Positions 1-8,776 of a stretch of 62,477 bases of DNA are shown here, piece by piece. Position 1 is the first letter of the stretch; the number at the start of each line of letters is the position of its first letter. The DNA is from an uncultured Ilumatobacter sp. (GTDB lineage Bacteria; Actinomycetota; Acidimicrobiia; Acidimicrobiales; Ilumatobacteraceae), in the NCBI GenBank assembly GCA_938044705.1, contig CALIOL010000028.1, positions 1 to 62,477 on the forward strand, written 5' to 3'. The position numbers were made by a program, and so were the translations under genes. A model generated the notes under the pieces. It worked only from the letters and a program-made list of their open reading frames with translations, was not told the origin of the DNA and ran no database searches.

Positions 1-238
1 TCGGGGCCGGCTGGTACACAGCACCGTTGACAGCGTCTGCGACCTCCGGTGGCAACTTGGCCTGGACGACAGCGTCGTTGACCGCAGCTGCCATGTCGAC
101 GCCGTTGAGATCCTCGCCGCCCATCTTGTCTTCGATGTAGCGCTTCGGATCGGCGGCGTATCGTGCTGCGTTACCGGGGTTGCCGATGAGGCCGCGAATC
201 GTGTCCACGAGCATGTTTTGGACTTCGGAAGTGTTCAT
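1..238 (-). CDS. IniB N-terminal-domain-like protein (partial; runs off the left edge)
   Basis: Not in the ORF track. My translation from ATG at 238 (RBS AGGAGAA at 253-247): MNTSEVQNMLVDTIRGLIGNPGNAARYAADPKRYIEDKMGGEDLNGVDMAAAV..., open to the window edge. The 'L..I..L..NP..A..YAADP' pattern resembles IniB N-termini, and the gene lies directly downstream of an IniR-like gene. Confidence 0.65.
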   Translation of the reverse strand, partial: MNTSEVQNMLVDTIRGLIGNPGNAARYAADPKRYIEDKMGGEDLNGVDMAAAVNDAVVQAKLPPEVADAVNGAVYQPAP

Positions 239-333
239 TGGTCTGTTTCTCCTGTTGGTGATTTCGGTGCTTCTGAGTGCCGGCCTCGACCGGACGAAGA
301 TCATGATGACGAATCGTCGTCAACCTGGCGTCG

Positions 334-392
334 GTGGGATCCCCGTGGTCATCCCCCGCCGTTAGGGGATTGCGTCGGACACCTTGGGGGTT
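334..392. promoter_or_regulatory. cluster of GGGGAT-type boxes, candidate IniR/LAL binding sites
   Basis: GGGATCCCC 336-344, ATCCCCC 351-357, TTAGGGGAT 362-370 and TTGGGGGTT 384-392 in the 203-bp gap between the iniR-like and iniB-like genes. Confidence 0.35.
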
Positions 393-441
393 GGCTCCAA
401 AGGGCCGGTAAAGGCCCAGCTCACAGGGCATCTGGCGAGCT

Positions 442-2748
442 TCATGACGCGCCCGTCAGCTCTCGGATCATCGCCAACAATTCCGCTCGGGAGCTGGCCC
501 CGAGGCGCTGACGAAGCCTCGCAACGTGATGTTCCACCGTCTTGGCCGAGATGAAGAGCTGACTACCGATCGCCTTGTACGTGCGTCCTTCCGCGACGAG
601 CCGAGCGACTTCGGCCTCGCGTTCGGAGAGCCCCGCAGCGACCAGACCATCGGCAGCCTCGACCGGATCGGTCACCAGGAGCCGGGCTCGTTCGAGCATT
701 GTGCGAGCAACCGCGGAGTCAGGATGATCGAGGGCGACCTGACCGAGCAACCGCGACGCTTCCCACGCATCCCCGACGCTCACCAGCGCGTCGACGACTG
801 CGTCGAGCGATGCGGGTGAAGGGGGGTCGATCAGTTGTCGGCCCGAGTCGTCGGTTCCGAGCCGAGCCGCAACGCTGGCCCAGACCGTGGCGGCGCCGCG
901 TCGTGCCGATGTTCGAGCGTCGGCTGAAATGCTGTCCTCGAGCCTGGCCGCTGCAGCCTGCACCCCGGGCCAGTTCTCGCTGGCCACGGCGATCTGTAGA
1001 TCGGTCCAAGCGACCATCGCTCGGGCCGGGCCGTGCTCAGGCCACAGGGCAACCTGTTCGGAAAGACACGAGCGCGCCCGGCCGATGGAGACGGCGTCAC
1101 CGACGCGTGCGCCCGCCGCCAGAACCTCGACGGTCGGATCGAGGAGCAGCCACGTCTGTGATTGGCGATCGACGATCGATGAGGACCGCTTCCAAGCGTC
1201 GCGGAGCCGCGCGGTGTCTCCGGAGCGACGAGCGATTGCCGCATCGAGGGCCGCGAGCAGGAAATGGTCGCGGAGCTGCCATTCCGGTCGGGCGCCGGCG
1301 CGCACCAGGTCGAGTGCTGCCGAGAAGTCGCCGCACGCGATGTCCGCGTGGGCAGCGAGCAGGTGGTGCGACGATTGCTCGCCGGGGCCAGCGAGTGCGG
1401 CCCCGATCGCTGTGCGCAGGAGTCGTCGGGCTGCATCTGGTTGGCCGATCGACATCATCAATGCTCCGGCGATCGCCGCGGGGCTCCATCCCGCAGCGAT
1501 ATCGACACGCGACGACATCGCATCGTCGACGAGTCGTGCGCCGAGCTCCGTGACCCTCGTGTCAGCGCCGGACGCGTACGCGTCGAGCAGGTTGTGGAGG
1601 TCACCCAACACTTGATGATCGACCGGAGCGGTTGCAGCGACATCCACTCGGGTCGGGGCGACCACGCCACCGAGGACGGCCGCCAACGCGGTCGTATCGG
1701 ACGCCGCAGCGCTCGATGCGGACGAGAGCACTTCGAGCGGTCGCTGGCCCGCCCGCTCCCACCGCATCGACCGCATGTCGAGAATGAAGGCGCTGCGAGC
1801 AGCGTCAGGGTTCCTGAGGTCGTCGAGAGCTCCGACCGACTGGGCAGCGTCCTCGGCGCCGAGGAACACCGCTGCCGACGCGTGGTCGACCGTTCCAAAT
1901 GCGTCGCGTGCTCCATGGATCAGGCTCGCTCGGTCTGTCGGTGAGAGCGCATCGGTGGCTCCACTCAACACCGCCGTCACCTTTGCCCGATCGACCTCGG
2001 TCATGTCGGCATCGATCGCTTGGCCGGCGACCGGGACGACGCGATCCCCATGCACGAGACCCGATGCTCGAAGTCGCCGTTCGAGATCGCCGCCCCCTGC
2101 CAGTTGCGCAGCGGTCGCCAGGTCGGCGCCGAGCCGCATCATCTGCACTGCGTCGAGCACGTCCAGCCCTGACGCACGAGCCCGCCGAACGATCGAGTCG
2201 ACAACGGTGGACGACACCCGCACGTCTCCCGAGTTTCCCGGCAAGGTGTCCGCCTCGACGAGCAGGTGTACCAGCCCAGGCGATCCGGCCGTCAGCTCGA
2301 TCAGCGCAACGCGATCCGTCTCGTCGTCCGCCATCAGCTCGTCGAGCATTCGTCGAAGACCGTCGTCGTCGAGTCGCTCCAGCCGGAGCGTCGGATCGTG
2401 CACGGTCAGCGCCTCGTCGAGTTCTCGGATCAGCGGGCTCTCCGGCCATGGAGACCGCGCCACCGCGACGGGAAGGCGGGGCGCGAGTTCGAGAAGCCGC
2501 TCGATGACAGCGTCGGGTAGCCAATGCGCATCGTCCACTGCGAGCGCATCTGAGACCGCGACACCGTCGAGGGTCTCGAGGAGACGCCGTGCGGCGTTGG
2601 CGCGACTGCGCTGATCAACCGTTCCTCGTATCCAGACCACCTGCCCGTCGATCTGTCGTTCGACTGCGTCGGACCAGACGCGCAGGTGATGAGTTCGCCC
2701 TGAGCCGCCGGTCCCGACGATCAGTCGTCGCAGTGCGGCGGTCCCCAT
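442..2748 (-). CDS. iniR: IniR-like LAL/STAND LuxR-family transcriptional regulator
   Basis: Degenerate P-loop GTGGSGRT, AALDAAIARRSGD segment and C-terminal LuxR HTH 'LSEREAEVA...LFISAKTVEHHVARLRQRLG', recalling mycobacterial IniR (Rv0339c). Start trimmed to ATG 2748 to avoid overlapping the divergent gene. Confidence 0.75.
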   Translation of the reverse strand: MGTAALRRLIVGTGGSGRTHHLRVWSDAVERQIDGQVVWIRGTVDQRSRANAARRLLETLDGVAVSDALAVDDAHWLPDAVIERLLELAPRLPVAVARSPWPESPLIRELDEALTVHDPTLRLERLDDDGLRRMLDELMADDETDRVALIELTAGSPGLVHLLVEADTLPGNSGDVRVSSTVVDSIVRRARASGLDVLDAVQMMRLGADLATAAQLAGGGDLERRLRASGLVHGDRVVPVAGQAIDADMTEVDRAKVTAVLSGATDALSPTDRASLIHGARDAFGTVDHASAAVFLGAEDAAQSVGALDDLRNPDAARSAFILDMRSMRWERAGQRPLEVLSSASSAAASDTTALAAVLGGVVAPTRVDVAATAPVDHQVLGDLHNLLDAYASGADTRVTELGARLVDDAMSSRVDIAAGWSPAAIAGALMMSIGQPDAARRLLRTAIGAALAGPGEQSSHHLLAAHADIACGDFSAALDLVRAGARPEWQLRDHFLLAALDAAIARRSGDTARLRDAWKRSSSIVDRQSQTWLLLDPTVEVLAAGARVGDAVSIGRARSCLSEQVALWPEHGPARAMVAWTDLQIAVASENWPGVQAAAARLEDSISADARTSARRGAATVWASVAARLGTDDSGRQLIDPPSPASLDAVVDALVSVGDAWEASRLLGQVALDHPDSAVARTMLERARLLVTDPVEAADGLVAAGLSEREAEVARLVAEGRTYKAIGSQLFISAKTVEHHVARLRQRLGASSRAELLAMIRELTGAS

Positions 2749-2815
2749 CGTTGACGGAAGGTAGTGCTCGACGATGATGTGGTGTGTCGATTTGCGTCGC
2801 TCGTACGCTGCGACG

Positions 2816-3742
2816 ATGCAACTGGCCGACCTCACGATCTTCACCGAGCCCCAACAGGGTGCGACGTACGACCAACTTCTCGCCGTCGCTCAACGAGCTG
2901 AACGGCTCGGGTTCGGAGCGTTCTTTCGATCGGACCACTACCTCTCGATGGGCGACGGCGACGGGATGCCGGGCCCGACGGATGCATGGATCACGCTGGG
3001 AGCGATCGCTCGTGAGACGTCGACGATTCGTCTCGGCACGCTCGTGACGTCGGCGACCTTTCGGCTCCCTGGCCCGCTCGCCATCTCGGTGGCGCAGGTC
3101 GATCAGATGTCGAACGGGCGGGTCGAGCTCGGCTTGGGCGCGGGTTGGTTCACAGAGGAACACGAGGCCTACGCCATTCCCTTTCCTGGGCTGGGCGAGC
3201 GCTTCGATCGGCTCGAAGAGCAGCTTGCGGTCGTGACCGGTCTCTGGTCGACCACGGTGGGGGAGACGTTCGAGCACGACGGCCCTCACTACCCGATCCG
3301 CAACTCTCCGGCGCTTCCGAAGCCCGTGCAGGACCCCATGCCGATCGTGATCGGTGGTGGCGGGCCGAAGCGCACGCCGGCGCTCGCTGCGCAATACGCC
3401 ACGGAATTCAACACGCCGTTCGTGTCGATCGAATTCTTCGCCGAGCAGACCGACCGAGTGCGTGCCGCCTGTACGGCGATCTCTCGCGACCCGGAATCGC
3501 TCACCTACTCGGCGGCGCTCGTCGTGTGTGTCGGCCAAGACGAAGCCGAGTTCGAAGAGCGTGCAGCAGCGATCGGGCGCGAACCCGCAGAGCTGCGCGA
3601 GAACGGTGTCGCCGGAACGCCGGACCAGGCAAGAGAGACGGTGGACCGTTGGCACGCCGCAGGAGCCGAACGCATCCATCTCCAAGTCCTCGACCTCGAC
3701 GACCTCGGCCATCTCGATCTCATCGCCGCCACACTCGCCTGA
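2816..3742 (+). CDS. LLM-class (probably F420-dependent) oxidoreductase
   Basis: IFTEPQQGATY...FRSDHYL, RLGTLVT, GRVELGLGAGW, PKPVQ..PIVIGGGG motifs. Confidence 0.9.
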   Translation: MQLADLTIFTEPQQGATYDQLLAVAQRAERLGFGAFFRSDHYLSMGDGDGMPGPTDAWITLGAIARETSTIRLGTLVTSATFRLPGPLAISVAQVDQMSNGRVELGLGAGWFTEEHEAYAIPFPGLGERFDRLEEQLAVVTGLWSTTVGETFEHDGPHYPIRNSPALPKPVQDPMPIVIGGGGPKRTPALAAQYATEFNTPFVSIEFFAEQTDRVRAACTAISRDPESLTYSAALVVCVGQDEAEFEERAAAIGREPAELRENGVAGTPDQARETVDRWHAAGAERIHLQVLDLDDLGHLDLIAATLA

Positions 3743-3753
3743 CGAGAGCGACG

Positions 3754-5052
3754 TCAACGATTCGCGTTGCAGGTGTGCCCGTCGCGCTCGAGTCGCGACA
3801 TCACCTTCTCGGCAGCGTCGGTGACGTGCTGCTCGGCCAGAGCCCCCGATGCAACGGCAGCGTCGATGGCGTCGATGACTGCGTCGGTCTGAGAACTCAG
3901 GGTGAACAGCACGACATCGATACCCGCCTGCAAGGCGAGTACCGAGGCTTCGGGTTCGGGGATCCCGACCGCAGCCATGCCGAGCGCATCGGTGATGAGC
4001 AGTGCGTCGCCGTAGCCGAGGTCGTCTCGGAGATAGTCGATCGCGGCGGGACTACGAGTGGCGGGGACGCCGTCGGTCAACCCGGGAACGGTCAGGTGCC
4101 CGATCATCACGGCCGCGTCCGTTGCGTCCGCCACGGTGCGGAGGTCGCGGTACGGCAGGAGGTCGAACCCCTCGAGGTCGCTCAGCGATGGCGTGACTCC
4201 ATCCGCGATATGGGTGTCGCCTGACGCCGCGCCGTGACCGGGGTAGTGCTTGATCGTCGCGAACAGTCCGGCTTGCGCCCAACCCGTCAGGTACGCGGCG
4301 CCGTAGTCCGAAACGGTCTGGGGAGGCCCGGCAAAGAATCGCGACGACTCGAGTGGGACATTGCCGACATTGGGCTCCACATCCACGACCGGCCCGAGGA
4401 CCATGTCCACGCCGAGATCGCGGACCACCGCGCCGTGCTCGGCGATCAGCGTCGCAGCAGCATCTGGCGTGAGATCCTCGGCGACCGATCGTTGCGAACC
4501 GAGCGGTCGTGCGTCCCGCAGTCGCTGGACGTCTCCGCCTTCCTCGTCGGTCGAGATGATCAGCCCGTGGCGACTTGCAGCTTCCAATTCGGCGAGTCGG
4601 GCGGTGACCGTCGCTGCGTCGAGACCGTCCTGGCTCATGAGGAGGACGCCGCCGACATCGTTGTCGCGGACGAGTGCGATCGCACCCGGCCAGTCGTCGG
4701 CGTAAACAGCTGGCCACACGAGCAGTGCGACCCGCTCACGCACCGTCAACTCGCTCACACATGACGTCAGAGAGACCTCGGCGGCGGTGCCCGACGGTGA
4801 AGTCTCAGGCGGGGCGCTCATGACGGTCGAGGTCGATGTCGGCGTCGACGTGGAAGGCATCGGCGGCGGCAGGTCGGAGGCGGTCGTTGCAACAGAGGGC
4901 GCAGGCTGAGTCGTCGTTGCGCTCTCGAGATCTGCGTTCGAGTCGCCCGCGTCCGAAGAGCCGACAGAACATGCCGTCGCAAGACATGCGGCGACAGCGA
5001 GCGCCACGGCATGTCGTTGCGGCCGGGGGGCTGTCGGGCGGTTGCACTGCAC
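3754..5052 (-). CDS. nagZ: GH3 beta-N-acetylhexosaminidase (NagZ-type), lipoprotein
   Basis: DEEGG, KHYPGHGAASGDTH (NagZ signature) and ITDAL; lipobox LATAC; Ser/Thr/Pro linker; GTG at 5052 with strong RBS GGAGGAAAGGAGG. Confidence 0.85.
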   Translation of the reverse strand: MQCNRPTAPRPQRHAVALAVAACLATACSVGSSDAGDSNADLESATTTQPAPSVATTASDLPPPMPSTSTPTSTSTVMSAPPETSPSGTAAEVSLTSCVSELTVRERVALLVWPAVYADDWPGAIALVRDNDVGGVLLMSQDGLDAATVTARLAELEAASRHGLIISTDEEGGDVQRLRDARPLGSQRSVAEDLTPDAAATLIAEHGAVVRDLGVDMVLGPVVDVEPNVGNVPLESSRFFAGPPQTVSDYGAAYLTGWAQAGLFATIKHYPGHGAASGDTHIADGVTPSLSDLEGFDLLPYRDLRTVADATDAAVMIGHLTVPGLTDGVPATRSPAAIDYLRDDLGYGDALLITDALGMAAVGIPEPEASVLALQAGIDVVLFTLSSQTDAVIDAIDAAVASGALAEQHVTDAAEKVMSRLERDGHTCNANR

Positions 5053-5217
5053 GAGCCCTCCTTTCCTCCGGCCGTCGAGGACTGCAGACCCACCGCGGGC
5101 CGACGCGACGTCTGGGCGCTCTCTGCACAGCGTCGCATACTTGCGTCGTCGCACCGCAGCGACCAGAATCCGCCTCGCAGTGACACTGATGTCGCCGCGT
5201 CGAACGAGGAGTCGCAC

Positions 5218-5817
5218 ATGGGAGCGGGAGCAACGCCAGCGGGCTGGTATCCGGACGTCGAACGACCGGGTGGCGAGCGCTATTGGGACGGGTCGCTCTG
5301 GACCGATCAGCGTCGAAGTGCAGCTGACGCCGGTGGCGGGGCGACGTCGGCAGGGCCTGAGTCGGAACCCCCGTCGTTCGGTCAGGAGCCGCCGACCTAC
5401 GGGCAGGAGCCGCCCGCTTACGGCCAGCAGCCTCCTGCGTTCGGGCAACAGCCGCCGGCCTACGGGACCCCGCCCGCGGCTGCGTACGGGCAACCGCAGC
5501 CGGCCTACGGGTCGCCTGCCGGCTACACGCCATACGGCGCTCAGGGGACCGTGTACCCGAAGACGACAGTGCCCGGTTGGGCGCTCGGGCTGTCCATCGC
5601 CGGACTCGTTCTGTCGATCTGCTGCATCGGATTCCTCCTGTCGATCCCCGGCACCATCATGGGATGGACGTCGATGAAGGCGATCGACCGCGGAGAAAAG
5701 GACCCGAACCAGCGAGGCGTCGCAAAGGCCGCCTTCATCGTCGGTCTGGTCGGTCTGGTCATCGCCGTCGGATGGATCATCCTGGTGGTCATCAACGGCA
5801 CCCTGACGACCACCTGA
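5218..5817 (+). CDS. DUF2510 + DUF4190-like membrane protein
   Basis: N-terminal PAGWYPD...RYWDG.WT, Pro/Gln/Tyr repeats and two C-terminal TM segments; RBS GAGGAG before ATG 5218. Confidence 0.85.
   Translation: MGAGATPAGWYPDVERPGGERYWDGSLWTDQRRSAADAGGGATSAGPESEPPSFGQEPPTYGQEPPAYGQQPPAFGQQPPAYGTPPAAAYGQPQPAYGSPAGYTPYGAQGTVYPKTTVPGWALGLSIAGLVLSICCIGFLLSIPGTIMGWTSMKAIDRGEKDPNQRGVAKAAFIVGLVGLVIAVGWIILVVINGTLTTT
5380..5463 (+). repeat. 4 x 21-bp degenerate coding repeat (GQ[EQ]PP[TA][YF])
   Basis: GQEPPTY/GQEPPAY/GQQPPAF/GQQPPAY. Confidence 0.8.
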
Positions 5818-5832
5818 TCGGCGGCTCACTTC

Positions 5833-7107
5833 ATGTACCCCGTCCTGGTCTTCCCCGATGGTCGTCGCGTCGAGCTCGACTCCGACGTCGTCGTCGTCGG
5901 TCGTGCGCCGGTCGCACCCGAGGAGTTTCCCGCAGCTCGCTCGGTCAGCGTGTCGGCCCCGACCGTCTCGAAGACCCATGCGCTCATCGGCAGTGACGCC
6001 GACGGCGTCTGGTTGCTCGACCTTCACTCGTCCAATGGATCGGAAGCACTCGATTCGCTCGGAGTGAGCGAGCCAGCGATCCCAGGGCAGCGGTTGTCGA
6101 TTCCCGTTGGATCACACATTCGAATCGGGACCGACACGATCATCACGATCGACGCAGGTGTCCCGGCCGGTGACGACGACCGGACGGTGACGATTCACCC
6201 CGCTCCAAGCCCCGCGCCGACCCCGCCACCAACTCCGACACCACCCCCTGCGGCTGCGCCCGTCGACTGGTCGGCACTCGACCAACCCGCTCCGGCCGAG
6301 CCGAGCGCGGCTCCTGTCCTGCCGCAGCAACCTGCCGCGCAACCGCCGCCACCCGTCGCGCCGGCCCCGCAGCCTCTGCCACCAGTCGAATCGCAGCCGG
6401 CGTCGCCCGTCACGGAAGCGTTCACCCCGATTTCTCCCGCGGCGGCGCCTCCCGCCGCGACCCCACCCGCTCCCGCGCCGGGCTTCCAATCGGCGCCCGG
6501 ACCTGCATACGGCTCGGTACCGAGCTCACCCCCGCAGGTCTCATCGTCGGGAAGGTCGAAGGCTCACCTCATCGGAGCACTCGTGCTCGCGGTGTGGAGT
6601 GCGGTCGGCTTTGCCGACCTGAGGCGCTGGATCCCGGATGCGGTTGTGGACGCCGTCGACGGACGAATCATCGACTTCTTCGTCGTGCCCGATCGAGACT
6701 TTCTCGAGTTCGCAGAGTTCTACAGTTTCCTCAGCCTCCCCGATCCGCTCAGCTTCCTCGCACGTGGCGCGGACATCGGGCCGATCGTCGCCATCGTGTT
6801 CGGGGTGATCGCGCTCTTGGCACCGCGAGCTGCGGTTCGCTGGCTCCTCATCGGCCTGGTTGCGATTCCACTGGTCGTGCTGTTCGGCTTCCTTGTCACC
6901 ATCGGCGTCGACTCGTTCGAGGATCTGACCGAGGACATCGACCGATTCATCCCATGGTTCGTTCTCCCGGTGATCGGTTCGGTGTTGTTGATGCTCCCTC
7001 GACGGAGGTCTGATTCTGCCCCGGTGCCGTCTCAAGACGTGTTCTATGCTCCCAACCAGGCGGCTGGCCCGCCCGCTGCAGGGCCAGCAGCACCTCCGAT
7101 CTCATGA
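5833..7107 (+). CDS. FHA-domain membrane protein (FHA, Pro-rich linker, ~4 TM)
   Basis: VVGR..., VSKTH and DLHSSNGS FHA motifs; hydrophobic C-terminal segments. Confidence 0.85.
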   Translation: MYPVLVFPDGRRVELDSDVVVVGRAPVAPEEFPAARSVSVSAPTVSKTHALIGSDADGVWLLDLHSSNGSEALDSLGVSEPAIPGQRLSIPVGSHIRIGTDTIITIDAGVPAGDDDRTVTIHPAPSPAPTPPPTPTPPPAAAPVDWSALDQPAPAEPSAAPVLPQQPAAQPPPPVAPAPQPLPPVESQPASPVTEAFTPISPAAAPPAATPPAPAPGFQSAPGPAYGSVPSSPPQVSSSGRSKAHLIGALVLAVWSAVGFADLRRWIPDAVVDAVDGRIIDFFVVPDRDFLEFAEFYSFLSLPDPLSFLARGADIGPIVAIVFGVIALLAPRAAVRWLLIGLVAIPLVVLFGFLVTIGVDSFEDLTEDIDRFIPWFVLPVIGSVLLMLPRRRSDSAPVPSQDVFYAPNQAAGPPAAGPAAPPIS

Positions 7108-7589
7108 CCGTCATCGACCACGACCACGATCACGACGTCGGTCCTGGCGCGTCGGCGCACGGTTCGGTCGAGTTCGGGTCTGGGCCCGTCGGCTCGTGGA
7201 TTCGCCGAAGCCTCGTCTCTCCGTGGCGTGTTGGCCTGCTCGCAGTAGTTGCGGTGTTACTCGTCGACGCTGGCGGTACCGATGAGGGCGCTGGCGTCTG
7301 CGTCTTCCGGCGCTGCACCGGCGGGTACTGCCCGGGTTGCGGTCTGACGCGTTCGGCACGGCACCTGACCAGAGCTGAGGTCGGCGCTGCGTGGAGCGAC
7401 CACCCGTTCATGGTGCTCCTCGCGATCCAAGGTCTCGTCGCGGCGGCGTTGTACGCATCCTTCCGTCGCCTCCGCGAACGGCTCCTCTCAGTTCGAACGG
7501 TCGCAATCGTTGCGTCGGCGAATGGTGTCCTGTTGCTCTCCATCTGGGTCGTTCGGCTCATCGACGGATCGATCCCGCGCTTCTTCTGA
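7104..7589 (+). CDS. DUF2752-like membrane protein
   Basis: CVFRRCTGGYCPGCGLTRS motif; ATGA overlap with the upstream gene. Confidence 0.85.
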   Translation: MTVIDHDHDHDVGPGASAHGSVEFGSGPVGSWIRRSLVSPWRVGLLAVVAVLLVDAGGTDEGAGVCVFRRCTGGYCPGCGLTRSARHLTRAEVGAAWSDHPFMVLLAIQGLVAAALYASFRRLRERLLSVRTVAIVASANGVLLLSIWVVRLIDGSIPRFF

Positions 7590-8776
7590 TGGACGAAGGC
7601 ATGAGTGGGGCCGAGGAACTCGCCGCCGAGAGTGCACCTCGCCCGACGTTCACGTGGGGTGCTGGCACTCACGTCGGCGGCGTGCGCGAACACAACGAAG
7701 ACGCGTTCTTCGTGAGCCCCGACGTCTGTGTCGTCGCCGACGGCATGGGTGGTCACGAAGCCGGCGAGGTCGCGAGTCAGCTCGTCACCCATATCGTCGC
7801 CGACGTCTTCGGAGCACACCAGCTCGACGTCGCCGAACTGCCGAGGTTCGTGTCTGCGCTGAACGCAGCGGTGCTTCGCAAGGGCGCTGAGAACAACACT
7901 CGTGGCATGGGCACCACCGTCGTCGGTGTCGCGATCGCGGAGAACGGCGACACCCCATCAGCGGTGGTGTTCCACGTCGGCGATTCGCGCTGCTACCGGC
8001 TCGCCAATGGAGTGATGAAGCAACTGACCAGCGACCACTCCCATGTTCAGGAACTGGTGCAGGCCGGCCGAATCACGCCCGAAGAGGCGCTCACTCATCC
8101 GCTGCGCAACGTCATCACCCGAGCGTTGGGGGCAGATGTTGCCGTCGAGGCGGACTTCCACGTTCTCGACGAGGAGAACTGTCGCATCCTCCTGTGCTCA
8201 GACGGATTGAGCGGCGAAATCGACGATGACCGGATCTGGGACCTGCTCAGCTCGCACGGCGATCCGACCGCCGCGGCGGTCGCTCTGATCGACGCAGTGC
8301 TCGAAGGTCCGGCTCGTGACAACGTCACGGCGATCGTCGTCGACGTGGTGTTTCCCGAACCTGATCCTTCGCGGTCGACGTTGCCCGACGGAAACGGCTT
8401 TGCCGCTACCGATTCGACGGCTGACGACACTGCCGATGTGACCGCCGAATCCGGGGTCGCGACCACCGACGAGATCGCTGACATCACCGCAGATCCGGCT
8501 GACGACACACTCGAGCACGGCATCTCTCTCGAGACGCTGGATGACCACGCCCGTGCCTCGGTCGTCGAGCGCCACGCCGGTGCGGATCCCACCGAGGAGA
8601 TCATGATCACGCGTCCGTGGGCACCCCCGGATGCGTTCGATCGCCGCCACATCGAGATCGATCGCCCACCGACCGAGCCAGATGGTGCAGCATGGGCGTC
8701 ACCCGACGCGAACCGTGCCGACCAGCCCCCCGCCACCGATGAGGAGACAGGCAATGCCCGACAAGAAGACCACTGA
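7589..8776 (+). CDS. PP2C/PPM Ser/Thr phosphatase with acidic C-terminal tail
   Basis: REHNED, VADGMGGH, VGDSR, CSDGL and DNVT motifs; TGATG coupling at 7587-7591. Confidence 0.92.
   Translation: MDEGMSGAEELAAESAPRPTFTWGAGTHVGGVREHNEDAFFVSPDVCVVADGMGGHEAGEVASQLVTHIVADVFGAHQLDVAELPRFVSALNAAVLRKGAENNTRGMGTTVVGVAIAENGDTPSAVVFHVGDSRCYRLANGVMKQLTSDHSHVQELVQAGRITPEEALTHPLRNVITRALGADVAVEADFHVLDEENCRILLCSDGLSGEIDDDRIWDLLSSHGDPTAAAVALIDAVLEGPARDNVTAIVVDVVFPEPDPSRSTLPDGNGFAATDSTADDTADVTAESGVATTDEIADITADPADDTLEHGISLETLDDHARASVVERHAGADPTEEIMITRPWAPPDAFDRRHIEIDRPPTEPDGAAWASPDANRADQPPATDEETGNARQEDH

Noticed and set aside
5053-6027. Long N-terminal extension of the GH3 ORF (757 aa in the track)
   Set aside because: It overlaps the DUF2510 and FHA genes on the other strand; a strong RBS and a lipoprotein signal support the start at 5052.
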